This document shows, one piece after another, positions 9,470 to 19,468 of a stretch of DNA of 39,433 nt. The notes under the pieces were generated by a model that ran no database searches, was not told where the DNA came from, and was given only the letters and a program-made list of their open reading frames with translations. The position numbers and the translations under genes were made by a program. Positions within the stretch are counted from its first letter, which is position 1, and every line of letters starts with the position of its first letter. The stretch is from a virus (Duplodnaviria; Caudoviricetes): positions 1 to 39,433 of the IMG/VR virus record IMGVR_UViG_3300036982_000905; one strand, 5' to 3'.

Positions 9470-9846
9470 ATATTAACTTCATCTCAAGCAGAGCATTAAC
9501 TCCAGTTTACCCAATTATACAAGTAGATATCTACACTTTTACAGGACAAGTGAACGTACTTGGAACTGTAGGTACCGTATACGAAGGGCCATTTACTGTA
9601 GACGCAAACATTCAATTCGCTATCCCTGAAAAATTAAAGCACATTCAAGGTTATAATCAGACAAGTATTTACAAAGATTTTTGGATAAACCAGGAACAAC
9701 TCACAGGTTTAAATAGAAATATTTCAACAGGTGGTGACTACTTAGTTTTTGAAGGATTAAAATACAAAGTTGTTTGGGTTGATGAGAAATTTAGAGTCGG
9801 TTGGGTTCTTTTAACTTGCGCGCAAGGAGACTTAATTGATGACTGA
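9466..9846 (+). CDS. Head closure/adaptor protein
   Basis: GLNR..TGGDYLVF motif; ATGA overlap. Confidence 0.65.
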   Translation: MNINFISSRALTPVYPIIQVDIYTFTGQVNVLGTVGTVYEGPFTVDANIQFAIPEKLKHIQGYNQTSIYKDFWINQEQLTGLNRNISTGGDYLVFEGLKYKVVWVDEKFRVGWVLLTCAQGDLIDD

Positions 9847-10339
9847 TTTTCAAATTATATGGACAATGATTACTACTTTACTTGCGGCTTATTATGATCC
9901 TGTAAATGTTTTTGACGCGTATCAAAATGGGTACACTCTACCTACACATAATAATTACGTGATTATTACACAAGAAGATATTGGGAAAGTTGCATACCCT
10001 CTTAGAGATTTTGATGTTTTAACACAAGAAAAAGTTTTAACTCCTTTTGGAGATTACAAATTCCAAGTTGATCTATACGGAACTAATGCTGATATAGCAG
10101 CACATAGACTACATACCTACGTAGATTCATCCGCTGGAAGTAACTATCTACTTCCTTATTTAAAAGGTATTGGAAAAGTAAATCCAATTCCGATAAATGC
10201 AAGTAGAAAAAATGATAGAGAAAATTACATGAAGAGGTACATAGTCATCTTCACAGTTTTAAATACAAATATCGTAAGAATTCCGATGCCAGGGTTTGGC
10301 CTCGCTGATGTTGAACTTAACTTTACGGAGTACACATAA
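9839..10339 (+). CDS. Tail terminator/neck protein
   Basis: FQVDLYG motif; directly before sheath. Confidence 0.7.
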   Translation: MTDFQIIWTMITTLLAAYYDPVNVFDAYQNGYTLPTHNNYVIITQEDIGKVAYPLRDFDVLTQEKVLTPFGDYKFQVDLYGTNADIAAHRLHTYVDSSAGSNYLLPYLKGIGKVNPIPINASRKNDRENYMKRYIVIFTVLNTNIVRIPMPGFGLADVELNFTEYT

Positions 10340-11880
10340 TGGCTGCCATAGACATTGGTTTATATATTCCCGTTACAAATACGGTTGAGAACCCACTTAA
10401 TAATGCAAAAACATTCGCAGGATTGGCGTTAACTGTTAACTCATTAATCCCAACTACTAACCCAATTCTTCAATTTAATAGTCTTGCAGATGTTGGAGAT
10501 TTCTTCGGAACAAGTTCGAATGAATATGCAAGCGCAAGGAAATATTTTGCGAGTTGCATTACAGCGATTAACTTTCCTCCTTATATTTATTTCGGAAAAC
10601 TTATTCTTCAAGATCTTTCGCCATGGCTGAGGGGGGGTAAAATAACTGACCCTGTAGCAAAGTTAACTGCATTGCAAGCTATTACCGCAGGTGTTCTTAC
10701 GATTACCATTGATGGAACTTCATATACTACAACAGCGATAGCTTTATCAGCCGCAAGTAGCCTCTCAAACGTAGCTTCAATTATAGAAGCGGACGTCGTA
10801 GCGACACATCCTACTCTAGCAGGTAGTTTTAATCTAACTTACAATGGAACCACAAATAATTTTTATGCTCTTTTTAATGGAGTTGCTAATACAGCAGACT
10901 ATTTTTCATCTGCTACAACAAACCTAGCAACTATCCTGCAAATGACTCAAGCAACAAATGCGACCCTGTCACAAGGCGCAGATGCTATGACTGTTACTGA
11001 AAATTTAGAGTCCTTAAAAGGCAACTTTACAGACCAATTCAGTATCTATTTTGTTGACGACCTCGGAGCAACTTTAACAGACGTTGAAAATCTAGAACTT
11101 GCTCAATGGGTTAGTGACCAAGGAGATAAATTTTGGTCAATTATTTGGAGTAATGACTTAACACTTGAATCACTTACAGATACGACAAGTATTTGGTACT
11201 TAGTTAACCAAGCTGGAATTAACAATTGCTCAATTTTTGATGAAGTTATCTATAACAACTCTGACCGAGTTTCTGCAGCTTCAGGCATTTTTGCATCTGT
11301 TGACCTTACTCAACCAAACTCTGCGATTACCCTTGCTTGGAAACAACAAGAAGGGCTTTTGCCTTCTGTTACCAACACTAGCATCGCAACTATACTAGGT
11401 ACAAAGGGTATTAATTATTATGGTAAAGTAGCTTTTACAGGCTCCGCACTTACTCAAGATTTCTTCTACCCAGGCGCAATAAGCGGCAAATGGACTTTTG
11501 TTGACAATCTTGTTGGCGCTGTTTGGATTGCCTATCAGTGTCAGTTTCAAACTGCAGACCTGTTCTTAAGCGTAGGGCAAGTACCGATTGATCCAGACGG
11601 TCAAGGCCAGGTTAGATCTGGCTTAAACGTTGCTCTTGAGGGTTCAAAAGCTAACGGCATCGTTGTTACTGGTTTGACTTTTGATAACGCCACTTCAATT
11701 GAGATTAAGACAACTTTTGGAATTGACTCTATAGAACTAACCAACAATGGATACGCTATCCTAAATACACTACCAGCTGCTGGTTTAAGAAAGTTACGAG
11801 TAAGCTCCCCATGGTATGTGCTTTATACGAAAGGTTCAGCATACCAGTTTGTCCCAATTAACACACGTACATACTTCTAA
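10339..11880 (+). CDS. Contractile tail sheath (DUF3383-like)
   Basis: 513 aa; DVGDFFG.SS.EY..A.KYF, AWKQQEGL, GINYYG, SGKWTFVD. Confidence 0.9.
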   Translation: MAAIDIGLYIPVTNTVENPLNNAKTFAGLALTVNSLIPTTNPILQFNSLADVGDFFGTSSNEYASARKYFASCITAINFPPYIYFGKLILQDLSPWLRGGKITDPVAKLTALQAITAGVLTITIDGTSYTTTAIALSAASSLSNVASIIEADVVATHPTLAGSFNLTYNGTTNNFYALFNGVANTADYFSSATTNLATILQMTQATNATLSQGADAMTVTENLESLKGNFTDQFSIYFVDDLGATLTDVENLELAQWVSDQGDKFWSIIWSNDLTLESLTDTTSIWYLVNQAGINNCSIFDEVIYNNSDRVSAASGIFASVDLTQPNSAITLAWKQQEGLLPSVTNTSIATILGTKGINYYGKVAFTGSALTQDFFYPGAISGKWTFVDNLVGAVWIAYQCQFQTADLFLSVGQVPIDPDGQGQVRSGLNVALEGSKANGIVVTGLTFDNATSIEIKTTFGIDSIELTNNGYAILNTLPAAGLRKLRVSSPWYVLYTKGSAYQFVPINTRTYF

Positions 11881-11892
11881 AGGGGAAACAAA

Positions 11893-12363
11893 ATGCCAGC
11901 ATATATTGCCACAAGTAAGAACTCAATTATCACATTCACATCCGTCTTAACAGGACCGCCAAAACTGTTAACTGGTTTTGCGAATGATTACATCATGGAA
12001 GTACCTGATGTTGATATTGTTAAGACAACAATGGGATGTGACAGCTTTTTAAACAGAGCTGTTATCGCTAAAAAAACTGAAGGTTCTTTTAACTTTTGGG
12101 CAGGCTCTCCTGCGATTACTTTCATCTATCGGTTACAGCAAGCGGTTTATAACACTGGCTTTGTCGTGAACGGCACTTTAAACGTAGTCATTCCTTCTCT
12201 TGCAGTTTATTTTACATACCCTGATTTCTGTTTTGAAAGTGGGCCTAAAGGGTTTGAACTCGCTGATGAAGTCAAACCTATTAAGATTAAATGGTCTTCT
12301 CAGTTACCAAATTACGCAAGTCTTGGTGCAGCCGCTGCAGGAATTATAGGAAACTTTGGATAA
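11893..12363 (+). CDS. Tail tube protein
   Basis: Follows sheath; LTGFAND and MGCD motifs; 156 aa. Confidence 0.75.
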   Translation: MPAYIATSKNSIITFTSVLTGPPKLLTGFANDYIMEVPDVDIVKTTMGCDSFLNRAVIAKKTEGSFNFWAGSPAITFIYRLQQAVYNTGFVVNGTLNVVIPSLAVYFTYPDFCFESGPKGFELADEVKPIKIKWSSQLPNYASLGAAAAGIIGNFG

Positions 12364-12845
12364 TGGCAAAAATAGTTAATTTTAGCATTGAAGATAAAAA
12401 TGATGAAGGTGAAAAAGTTGTTATTAACTTCGTAGCCAAAAAACTTCCTGCTATTGAGCAGGGTTTTTTAATTTTACGAATAATTGGGATTATAGCAAAA
12501 GGAGCTGGTGACAAAGTCGACGCTCACCTTGAGCAACTTCTCCATAATCTTTTCCAAACTGGCCACTCAGTTGATGGCGTAAAAGCCGGTCCAGATGCCG
12601 CAAGCGCTGGTGGTCTTGTTTTAAACGCTGCCAAAGGCGCGATTGCTACACTCTCCAACAAAGACCGTGATGAATTAATCGCGACTTTAATTACGAACGT
12701 AGAGATTGTTGAAAGTGCAGTGTTTAAGACTCCAGTTACTTTACAAGAATTAAATCACAGATTATCTAGTTTCCAAGCATTCTTTAAATTAATGCTTGAG
12801 TTAATTAAGATAAACCTAGGTTTTTTTTCTCAAAAAGTAGGATGA
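12363..12845 (+). CDS. Tail assembly chaperone
   Basis: Between tube and tape measure; ends ...NLGFF at a slippery T run; start at TAATG overlap. Confidence 0.75.
   Translation: MAKIVNFSIEDKNDEGEKVVINFVAKKLPAIEQGFLILRIIGIIAKGAGDKVDAHLEQLLHNLFQTGHSVDGVKAGPDAASAGGLVLNAAKGAIATLSNKDRDELIATLITNVEIVESAVFKTPVTLQELNHRLSSFQAFFKLMLELIKINLGFFSQKVG
12821..12828 (+). other. Programmed -1 ribosomal frameshift site (T TTT TTT)
   Basis: GGT TTT TTT TCT in frame 0; the -1 frame TTT TTT TTC TCA AAA AGT AGG ATG is open into ORF 12842-13069. Confidence 0.7.
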
Positions 12846-13069
12846 ACATTCCTTACAGATACGTGGAGTCATTTCCAACTATTCAATGTAAGGGATTATT
12901 GCCAATCTTTAGTACAATAATTACTAAAGAATTGGTAAAGTTACATGAGCTTCAGACCGTGTATCACTACGAAGATGCTCTTGATTTATATGAGATAGTT
13001 CTTGTGAATAATTACAATGAGCTGACTTATCAAGAGATTCAACAGATGAGGAATGAAAACGCAACATGA
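12842..13069 (+). CDS. Tail assembly chaperone, second (frameshift) segment
   Basis: LHELQTVYHYEDALDLYEI..V motif typical of pre-tape-measure ORFs. Confidence 0.75.
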   Translation: MNIPYRYVESFPTIQCKGLLPIFSTIITKELVKLHELQTVYHYEDALDLYEIVLVNNYNELTYQEIQQMRNENAT

Positions 13070-14823
13070 ATTTAGATACGTTTTTCTTATCCCTCGTCTT
13101 TGATAATGCTAAAACAAAAGACTCAGCAAATAAAGTTGAGCAAACTGTTAATACTCTAACAGATAAAGTATTACGCTCTTTTGCAAGAATAGAAGCTTTT
13201 GAGTTTCTTAAAAACGCCATTGAGCAAACAATTACGCTTACAACTAAATTAGACAATCTTGCACATGCTACGAACGAAAATGTTCAGAGTTTAAACGCTT
13301 GGGGTGAAGCTGTTAAAAGAACAGGCGGAACTACTGAGGGTTTTTATTCTTCAATTAGCAATCTTGCTCAAAAACTCCGTGACGTGCAAACAAATTTTGG
13401 AAGTTCAGGCCAACTTGTCTTTGCTAGACTTGGGTTAAACCTTCAAAAGTCTAACGGACAGATGAAGACAGCCACTGAACTTCTTGGAGATATTGGAGAT
13501 AAATTCAAGAATCTTCCTAAAGTTTGGCAATTAAATCTAGGTCAACAATTAGGCTTAGATCAATCAACAATTCGCTTGCTTTCTAGTGGCAGCAAAAGCG
13601 CATTAGAACTTGTTGATAAAATGCGTCAACTCGGTGCTGTGAGAGACCAAGATACTGAGAAAAATATTCGTTTTAGAAACTCTCTTTATGATATTCAGTT
13701 AATTTGGCAAAGCATAAAAATAACAATAGCAAATGGTTTAATACCTGTTTTAACTAAATTCAGCGACCTTCTTGTTAAATCATTTCGATATATGCAAGAG
13801 CATGCTCAGTTAGTTAAAGGTATATTAATTGCGATTTCTGCATTAATGGCAGGTGCTATTCTTAACTCTATCGTTGCCATTGCTTCTGCAATAACAACTC
13901 GATTAATCCCTGCACTTATCAAGATAGTTGCCGCAAACCCCTGGCTATACGCGTTAGGCGCCGCTTTTGTTGCAGTAGGTTTATTAGTTGAGGATTTTGT
14001 AGTTTATCTTCGCGGTGGAAAATCTGCTTTTGAAGATTACTATAAGTGGATTGGAAGAGTTATACACAAATTAGAGTCTTTAGGAAAGGTAATTTCTTAT
14101 CTAAGAAACGGCAACCCACTAAAAGATATCTTTGGTTTAGATACAACACCTAAAAAAGAAATGACAGAGAGTCAATTTGCAGATTTTGATGACAACTACG
14201 TTCCATTAAAAGACCAAGGAACAAATAAAGAATTCCTTAAAAATACCATAGCGAGTGTAGCAAAAAGTTTAGGTTTTGATCCTTCTACCGCTGTAACGAT
14301 TGCAAATATTGAAAGTGGTTTAGACCCAAATGCTAAGTCTAAAACGTCCTCAGCTTCTGGCTTATTTCAAACTACAGACGAAACTTTCTTAGACCAAGTA
14401 GGTGATTTAAGTAATAAAAACGACCCGATGAAGAATTCGCTTGCTGGAATTATGAATTTAAAATCTGTGAGCAAAGGTCTATCAGATTTTTTAGGGAGAA
14501 AACCTACTGGTGGAGAGGTTTATCTAGGCGAACGATTTGGTTTAGAAGGTGCGAAAAAACTACTTTCTTCAAATCCAAATTCGATGGCGTCTTCATTACT
14601 CAGCTCTCAAGTTTTAAGGTCTAATGCAGACCTCGGAGGTTTATCTACAGGGCAGATAATAAACAACGCTAACAAGTCTTACGCAAGCCACGCTGTGAGC
14701 GTTGGGAACGTAAGTATTAACGTGCATGCCCCCAATGCGAACCCAAGTCAAGTTGGACAAGCTGTTATGCAGCAGTTCAACTCTCAAATTGTCACAAATC
14801 GAGATAACGGGGTGAGACAATGA
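13066..14823 (+). CDS. Tape measure protein with C-terminal lytic transglycosylase domain
   Basis: Helical N-terminus, hydrophobic mid segment, IANIESGLDPNAKSKTSSASGLFQ SLT motif. Confidence 0.9.
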   Translation: MNLDTFFLSLVFDNAKTKDSANKVEQTVNTLTDKVLRSFARIEAFEFLKNAIEQTITLTTKLDNLAHATNENVQSLNAWGEAVKRTGGTTEGFYSSISNLAQKLRDVQTNFGSSGQLVFARLGLNLQKSNGQMKTATELLGDIGDKFKNLPKVWQLNLGQQLGLDQSTIRLLSSGSKSALELVDKMRQLGAVRDQDTEKNIRFRNSLYDIQLIWQSIKITIANGLIPVLTKFSDLLVKSFRYMQEHAQLVKGILIAISALMAGAILNSIVAIASAITTRLIPALIKIVAANPWLYALGAAFVAVGLLVEDFVVYLRGGKSAFEDYYKWIGRVIHKLESLGKVISYLRNGNPLKDIFGLDTTPKKEMTESQFADFDDNYVPLKDQGTNKEFLKNTIASVAKSLGFDPSTAVTIANIESGLDPNAKSKTSSASGLFQTTDETFLDQVGDLSNKNDPMKNSLAGIMNLKSVSKGLSDFLGRKPTGGEVYLGERFGLEGAKKLLSSNPNSMASSLLSSQVLRSNADLGGLSTGQIINNANKSYASHAVSVGNVSINVHAPNANPSQVGQAVMQQFNSQIVTNRDNGVRQ

Positions 14824-15386
14824 ACTTTATAAGTGGGATATTTGACGCAAATACTTTAGAATTATTAGTTGCTTTTGATACTTACATTGAGAACTCTTAC
14901 CATAATAACAACCCAGTTGCGTATGAGCCGCTAGAAAGAAATACTTTTAGTAATGATAGTAAACAGGGCACACCTTTTACTATTTCTGTAACAGCTATTT
15001 TTTCTATTTCAGGTAATGCATCAAGCGGTGATACTGTTGACGTAATTAAAGATAAACTATCAAAATTAGCTAAAGACGCAACTTTAGTAAGTGTGAGCTT
15101 GTACCCTTTTGGTTTAAGATCAACACAAGATAGTCAGTATTATCAATACGCAAATACGTATAGTAATTTAGCACTCGTTAGCATCGATTACCAAAATAAC
15201 CCTGAGCAATTAGAGTTTAGGCCCAACCTTGTTTTTCAAGAAATAAGGATCACAGATACCGCATACACAGTTTCACAAAACACAGCAAATCCAGAAGATG
15301 GAGCTACATCAAATGCAGGACAAGTTCAGCCGAAACCATATACCTCTATTATCTTCGATGAAACAGGAAAGGTACCTTTTTTATAA
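14820..15386 (+). CDS. Baseplate/tail-tube initiator protein
   Basis: YEPLER..F..DSK..TP and FQEIR motifs; follows tape measure. Confidence 0.65.
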   Translation: MNFISGIFDANTLELLVAFDTYIENSYHNNNPVAYEPLERNTFSNDSKQGTPFTISVTAIFSISGNASSGDTVDVIKDKLSKLAKDATLVSVSLYPFGLRSTQDSQYYQYANTYSNLALVSIDYQNNPEQLEFRPNLVFQEIRITDTAYTVSQNTANPEDGATSNAGQVQPKPYTSIIFDETGKVPFL

Positions 15387-15703
15387 TGACTATATTAAAT
15401 ATACCTATCAGACCAATAACAAATCAGAGTTTAAATGTGGTGCTAAACGGGCAGAACTGCACAATAGATTTATTAACTCGAGGTGGCCATACTTTCTTAA
15501 ATTTATTCGTTGACAATCAACCAATTGTTCAGGGTAGAAAATTATCTTTAACTAAAATTGTCCCATATAAATATCTTCAAACTAAATTTATAGGCAATTT
15601 AATCCTCCTTAATAGTGACTTAAATATCAAAGACAACCCAGAGTATATAAAATTTGGAACAACCCAACTATTATTTTATTATCAGGAATCTGATTTAACA
15701 TGA
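15386..15703 (+). CDS. Small baseplate protein
   Basis: IPIRPITNQSLNVVLNGQNC...PEY..FG...L.Y pattern. Confidence 0.7.
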   Translation: MTILNIPIRPITNQSLNVVLNGQNCTIDLLTRGGHTFLNLFVDNQPIVQGRKLSLTKIVPYKYLQTKFIGNLILLNSDLNIKDNPEYIKFGTTQLLFYYQESDLT

Positions 15704-16605
15704 GTGAAATAGTTAATCCACCCTCATTAAAGATAAGGCAATTACAGTGTGAGTTAATCTTGCAATCTGGCCAATTTAATCAAGGTGGGAATGTTAAATT
15801 AGTGAACAACAACATTATCACAAGTGGTGTGAGCACAATTAACGCAACTGTGCATACGTCCCTTTCCAGCAATTTTACAAACTCCGCTGATGTTATCATT
15901 TATGGAATGAATGAATCAGATATCGCAGCGCTATCTACGCTTGGATACGCAGCATTAAAGTACGAGCTAAACGGCTTAAATCTATATGCAAATTATTCTG
16001 ATCAACAAAAAAGTTTATGTTTCAGTGGCTACATTGTGCGCGCTTGGTGTGATTTCTCAGACCCAAGTCGACCTATGCATTTTGAATGCCAAACAACATA
16101 CCAAGATGCGTTAGGAGACGTCACTCCAACAAGTATTAAAGGCTCTGTTGGAGTTGTTGATTTGTTCTCAAAGTTTGCATCTAGCTTAGGATATTCACTT
16201 CAAAATAACGGTGTGAGTGGACTTTTAAATAATCCTATCTTCACAGGCAGCCCAATAGACCAGCTAAAAAAATTAAGTAAACAAACAAGTACGACGTGTG
16301 TAGCAGACAAAGGAATATTAAAAATAGCTCCGTTTCGTTACAGTCTTAGCAATCTAGAGCTAAGCATTAACTCAGAAAGTGGTTTACTCAGCTATCCTAC
16401 GATTGACGCTTGGGGGGTTAAATTAAAAATTCGCTACGATCCAACGTTACAAATCGGTCAATATATAAGATTAGAAACTATCGTTCCTGTGCCAAAAGCA
16501 ACCGGACGTTGGTATGTTTACGACATGCAATCGACTCTAAGCAACTTACATGAACCTTGGTATACTGAATTAAAATGCAGTTATGACAACGTAAATTTTG
16601 GGTGA
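15700..16605 (+). CDS. Baseplate hub protein
   Basis: IYGM, FSGYIVRAW.DF, SGLLSYP, P.LQIG motifs. Confidence 0.75.
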   Translation: MSEIVNPPSLKIRQLQCELILQSGQFNQGGNVKLVNNNIITSGVSTINATVHTSLSSNFTNSADVIIYGMNESDIAALSTLGYAALKYELNGLNLYANYSDQQKSLCFSGYIVRAWCDFSDPSRPMHFECQTTYQDALGDVTPTSIKGSVGVVDLFSKFASSLGYSLQNNGVSGLLNNPIFTGSPIDQLKKLSKQTSTTCVADKGILKIAPFRYSLSNLELSINSESGLLSYPTIDAWGVKLKIRYDPTLQIGQYIRLETIVPVPKATGRWYVYDMQSTLSNLHEPWYTELKCSYDNVNFG

Positions 16606-16608
16606 AAT

Positions 16609-17349
16609 ATGGTTACGACTTTTAATTCTTCAAAAGAACTCTCATCAGATTTATCGGGAACGGACATGATAGAGTTTTCTAACACAAAACTTCTTCACGA
16701 TATTAATACAATAATCCTTGCAAAAATAATTGACGTTGAGATTCCTACAAAAAGACTTGTAGTTAAATCTTTAATTAACGGCGTAGATACACATGACCAG
16801 CCGATAAATCCACCTCAAATATATGATGTGCCATATTGTGCCCAACGCGGTGGAAACGCTGGAATCATAACTGATTATAAAATTGGCGATACTGTTGTCG
16901 TTGGATTCTGTCAAAGACAAATTGATATAACGAAAAATACAATGGAGCAAAGCACTCCAACTTTAACTAGGTTCCATGATTTGAATGATGCAGTCGTTTT
17001 ATCCCATTGGTCTAATAACGAACCAACAGTTTATATAAAAATAACAGACGATGGAATCGAAATAGAAACTCTAGATAGGCCTTTAAACATATCAACAACA
17101 GGCAACATAAACGTGATGGCAAATAACATCACTATGAACGCTACTACTAAGTTTCAAGTCAATTCACCTGACATTGAATTGAATGGCAACTCAAAAATAA
17201 TTGGCACTCTAACAATTGGGAATACTACGGTAAGTACAACAGGTATTTCGAACACTGGTGGAACACTTGTTGATAATGTTCAATTTTTGCTACATACTCA
17301 TTCAGGCGTCACACCGGGTACAGGCACATCGGGACCAGTTATACCATGA
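16609..17349 (+). CDS. Baseplate central spike (Gp138/gpV-like)
   Basis: DVPY..QRGG, GD.V.VGF.QR.ID, RFHDLNDA; C-terminal HTHSGV iron-binding tip. Confidence 0.85.
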   Translation: MVTTFNSSKELSSDLSGTDMIEFSNTKLLHDINTIILAKIIDVEIPTKRLVVKSLINGVDTHDQPINPPQIYDVPYCAQRGGNAGIITDYKIGDTVVVGFCQRQIDITKNTMEQSTPTLTRFHDLNDAVVLSHWSNNEPTVYIKITDDGIEIETLDRPLNISTTGNINVMANNITMNATTKFQVNSPDIELNGNSKIIGTLTIGNTTVSTTGISNTGGTLVDNVQFLLHTHSGVTPGTGTSGPVIP

Positions 17350-17738
17350 TAAATCAACCAACTATTTATATGAAAGAGTTTATAGATATTGATGGAATTC
17401 CATATCAAGACACTTTTTTGGATAGTAATAGAAATATAGCCATAGTCTCTGATGTTTTGTCAGTTTCACAAACAGTGAAAAATGCAATAAGTCTTTGGTT
17501 AGGTGAGTACCAATTTGATACTACTTTAGGGGTTCCTTGGGAAAATATCCTAGGTGTAAACCCGTTTAATAAAAGTCTATTAAATAGTTATTTAAAAACA
17601 GCAATTCTAAGAGTTGCTTATGTGACACAAGTCACTTCGATAGAATATTCCCCAGATAATATAAAAAGAAGTCTAGGAATCAGAGTAACATATTTAAACA
17701 CAGATAATATAACGAGCGTGACGAATGTTAATATCTGA
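17346..17738 (+). CDS. Baseplate wedge (gp25-like)
   Basis: LWLGEYQFDTTLGVPW..ILG motif. Confidence 0.75.
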   Translation: MINQPTIYMKEFIDIDGIPYQDTFLDSNRNIAIVSDVLSVSQTVKNAISLWLGEYQFDTTLGVPWENILGVNPFNKSLLNSYLKTAILRVAYVTQVTSIEYSPDNIKRSLGIRVTYLNTDNITSVTNVNI

Positions 17739-18885
17739 TACGGGCGTTGTCATTGAGCCATCTACAACCGCAATTTTAGAAGCACAACAAATTTTAATCG
17801 ATACGTATGGTGCTACTGTAAATCTAGACCCTGCAAGCCCAAATGGTTTGCTGGTTCAAAATATTGCGATTGCTATTACAAACCGTGAAGCTGACCAAGC
17901 AAACACCGTAAATTCAATGAACCCAAACATTGCAACTGGTGAACAACTTGATGCAATATGTGCCAATTTAGATATCTTTAGAAGTCCTGCTACGCAATCA
18001 ACCGCAACATGTACTTTTGTAGGATTAACAGGGGTAACAATACCGGCTAACAGCCAAGTAGCGTCAGTTAGTGGAGATATTTTTCTTGTAGAAACTACGC
18101 TTGTTATTGGAGCTGGTGGTACTGTTTCCGGCAGTGTAAAGGCTCAGGTTGCTGGTGAAATTCAAACAACCGCAAATACGATTAATAAAATTCTCACAGG
18201 AATTAGCGGATGGGACACTGTTAATAACCCGTTGGTTGGAACCGTTGGGAAAGAACTAGAGACAGATGCAGAATTAAGATTAAGACGTACTGACACACTG
18301 GCAATTGCATCTACAGGAAGTATAGAAGCTGTTACGGCTGGAGCAGTTCAATTAGATCCTGTTAGTTATTTTGTTACAGAAAACACAACAGGCGCAATTA
18401 TTATCCGAGATAGTTTAGCCATTCTTCCTCACTCAATTTTACTAACACTTGAGGGCGGTGCGTCTGAGTTAGACGTCGCAACTATGCTTTTTAAGAAATT
18501 AAGCGCTGGTTGTGGGATGAGCGGAACAAATACATTTCCTATCCCAATTCCAGATGGTCCAGAAACATTTGACGCGACTTGGCAGATAGCCACGCCAAGG
18601 GCCCTTGGTTTAAACGTCCAATTAAAACTTGGTGCTATCTATCCACCTAACCTAGACGTTCTAATAGCACAAATAATAAACGATAATTTTGATTTTAACG
18701 TGATTGGTCGTTTCATAGACGCGACTCAGTTTATATTTATTTTAATGACAGCTAGGATACTCCCGATTATTAGCCTAACTTTTAACGTAGGGGCAACAAC
18801 AAATCTTATTCAATACAACATGCCGATAACTGATAGCCTCGGTTCTAGCATGCTCTCTGCAAATGTGAGCTTAAGCTATGTTTGA
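17725..18885 (+). CDS. Baseplate J-like wedge protein
   Basis: SPNGLL, ATGEQLDAI, ETDAELRLRR motifs. Confidence 0.85.
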   Translation: MLISDTGVVIEPSTTAILEAQQILIDTYGATVNLDPASPNGLLVQNIAIAITNREADQANTVNSMNPNIATGEQLDAICANLDIFRSPATQSTATCTFVGLTGVTIPANSQVASVSGDIFLVETTLVIGAGGTVSGSVKAQVAGEIQTTANTINKILTGISGWDTVNNPLVGTVGKELETDAELRLRRTDTLAIASTGSIEAVTAGAVQLDPVSYFVTENTTGAIIIRDSLAILPHSILLTLEGGASELDVATMLFKKLSAGCGMSGTNTFPIPIPDGPETFDATWQIATPRALGLNVQLKLGAIYPPNLDVLIAQIINDNFDFNVIGRFIDATQFIFILMTARILPIISLTFNVGATTNLIQYNMPITDSLGSSMLSANVSLSYV

Positions 18886-19459
18886 ACCATTTATTTACCG
18901 CCAATACTCTAATTCTCCTAAACTAATTAGCTTAGTTCAGAAAACAGCTAACGCGATGCTGTTTAAAGATATTGATTTTCCGGTTGATTATCTTAATATT
19001 CGCACCGCGAGTACAGCAGGTTTAGACAATTGGGGCATCATATTAAATCAGCCTAGAACTGTTAGATCAGGTTTAGCATATGATGGTGTATTTGGTTTTG
19101 ATGATGGATTTCCACCGACAGATACTGTTACATACCCCCAGAATTTTTATGACTCTAATTTCTTTAATATTTCATATAGCCCAACAATAGATTTGAACAA
19201 CACTCAATACCGGGCTCTATTACTATTAAAATATAGAAAATACACAACGAATAATTCTCTAAAAGATTTAAATGACATTATTAGAGAGTACGCGGATTTA
19301 AGTGGTGGATCAGGAATTCCGTATGTTTTTAGCACGTACGACATGAACATAACATATAAATTTAACTATGCTCCATTACCTTATGAAACTTATCTTTTTA
19401 GAGATACGCCACTTTTACCAAAACCAGCCGGTGTAAATATTAATTTAATTTTTACATAA
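18878..19459 (+). CDS. Baseplate wedge (DUF2612-like)
   Basis: QYSNSPKL, TA..AGLDNWG.I, LPKPAGV motifs. Confidence 0.8.
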   Translation: MFEPFIYRQYSNSPKLISLVQKTANAMLFKDIDFPVDYLNIRTASTAGLDNWGIILNQPRTVRSGLAYDGVFGFDDGFPPTDTVTYPQNFYDSNFFNISYSPTIDLNNTQYRALLLLKYRKYTTNNSLKDLNDIIREYADLSGGSGIPYVFSTYDMNITYKFNYAPLPYETYLFRDTPLLPKPAGVNINLIFT

Positions 19460-19468
19460 GGAGTTACA

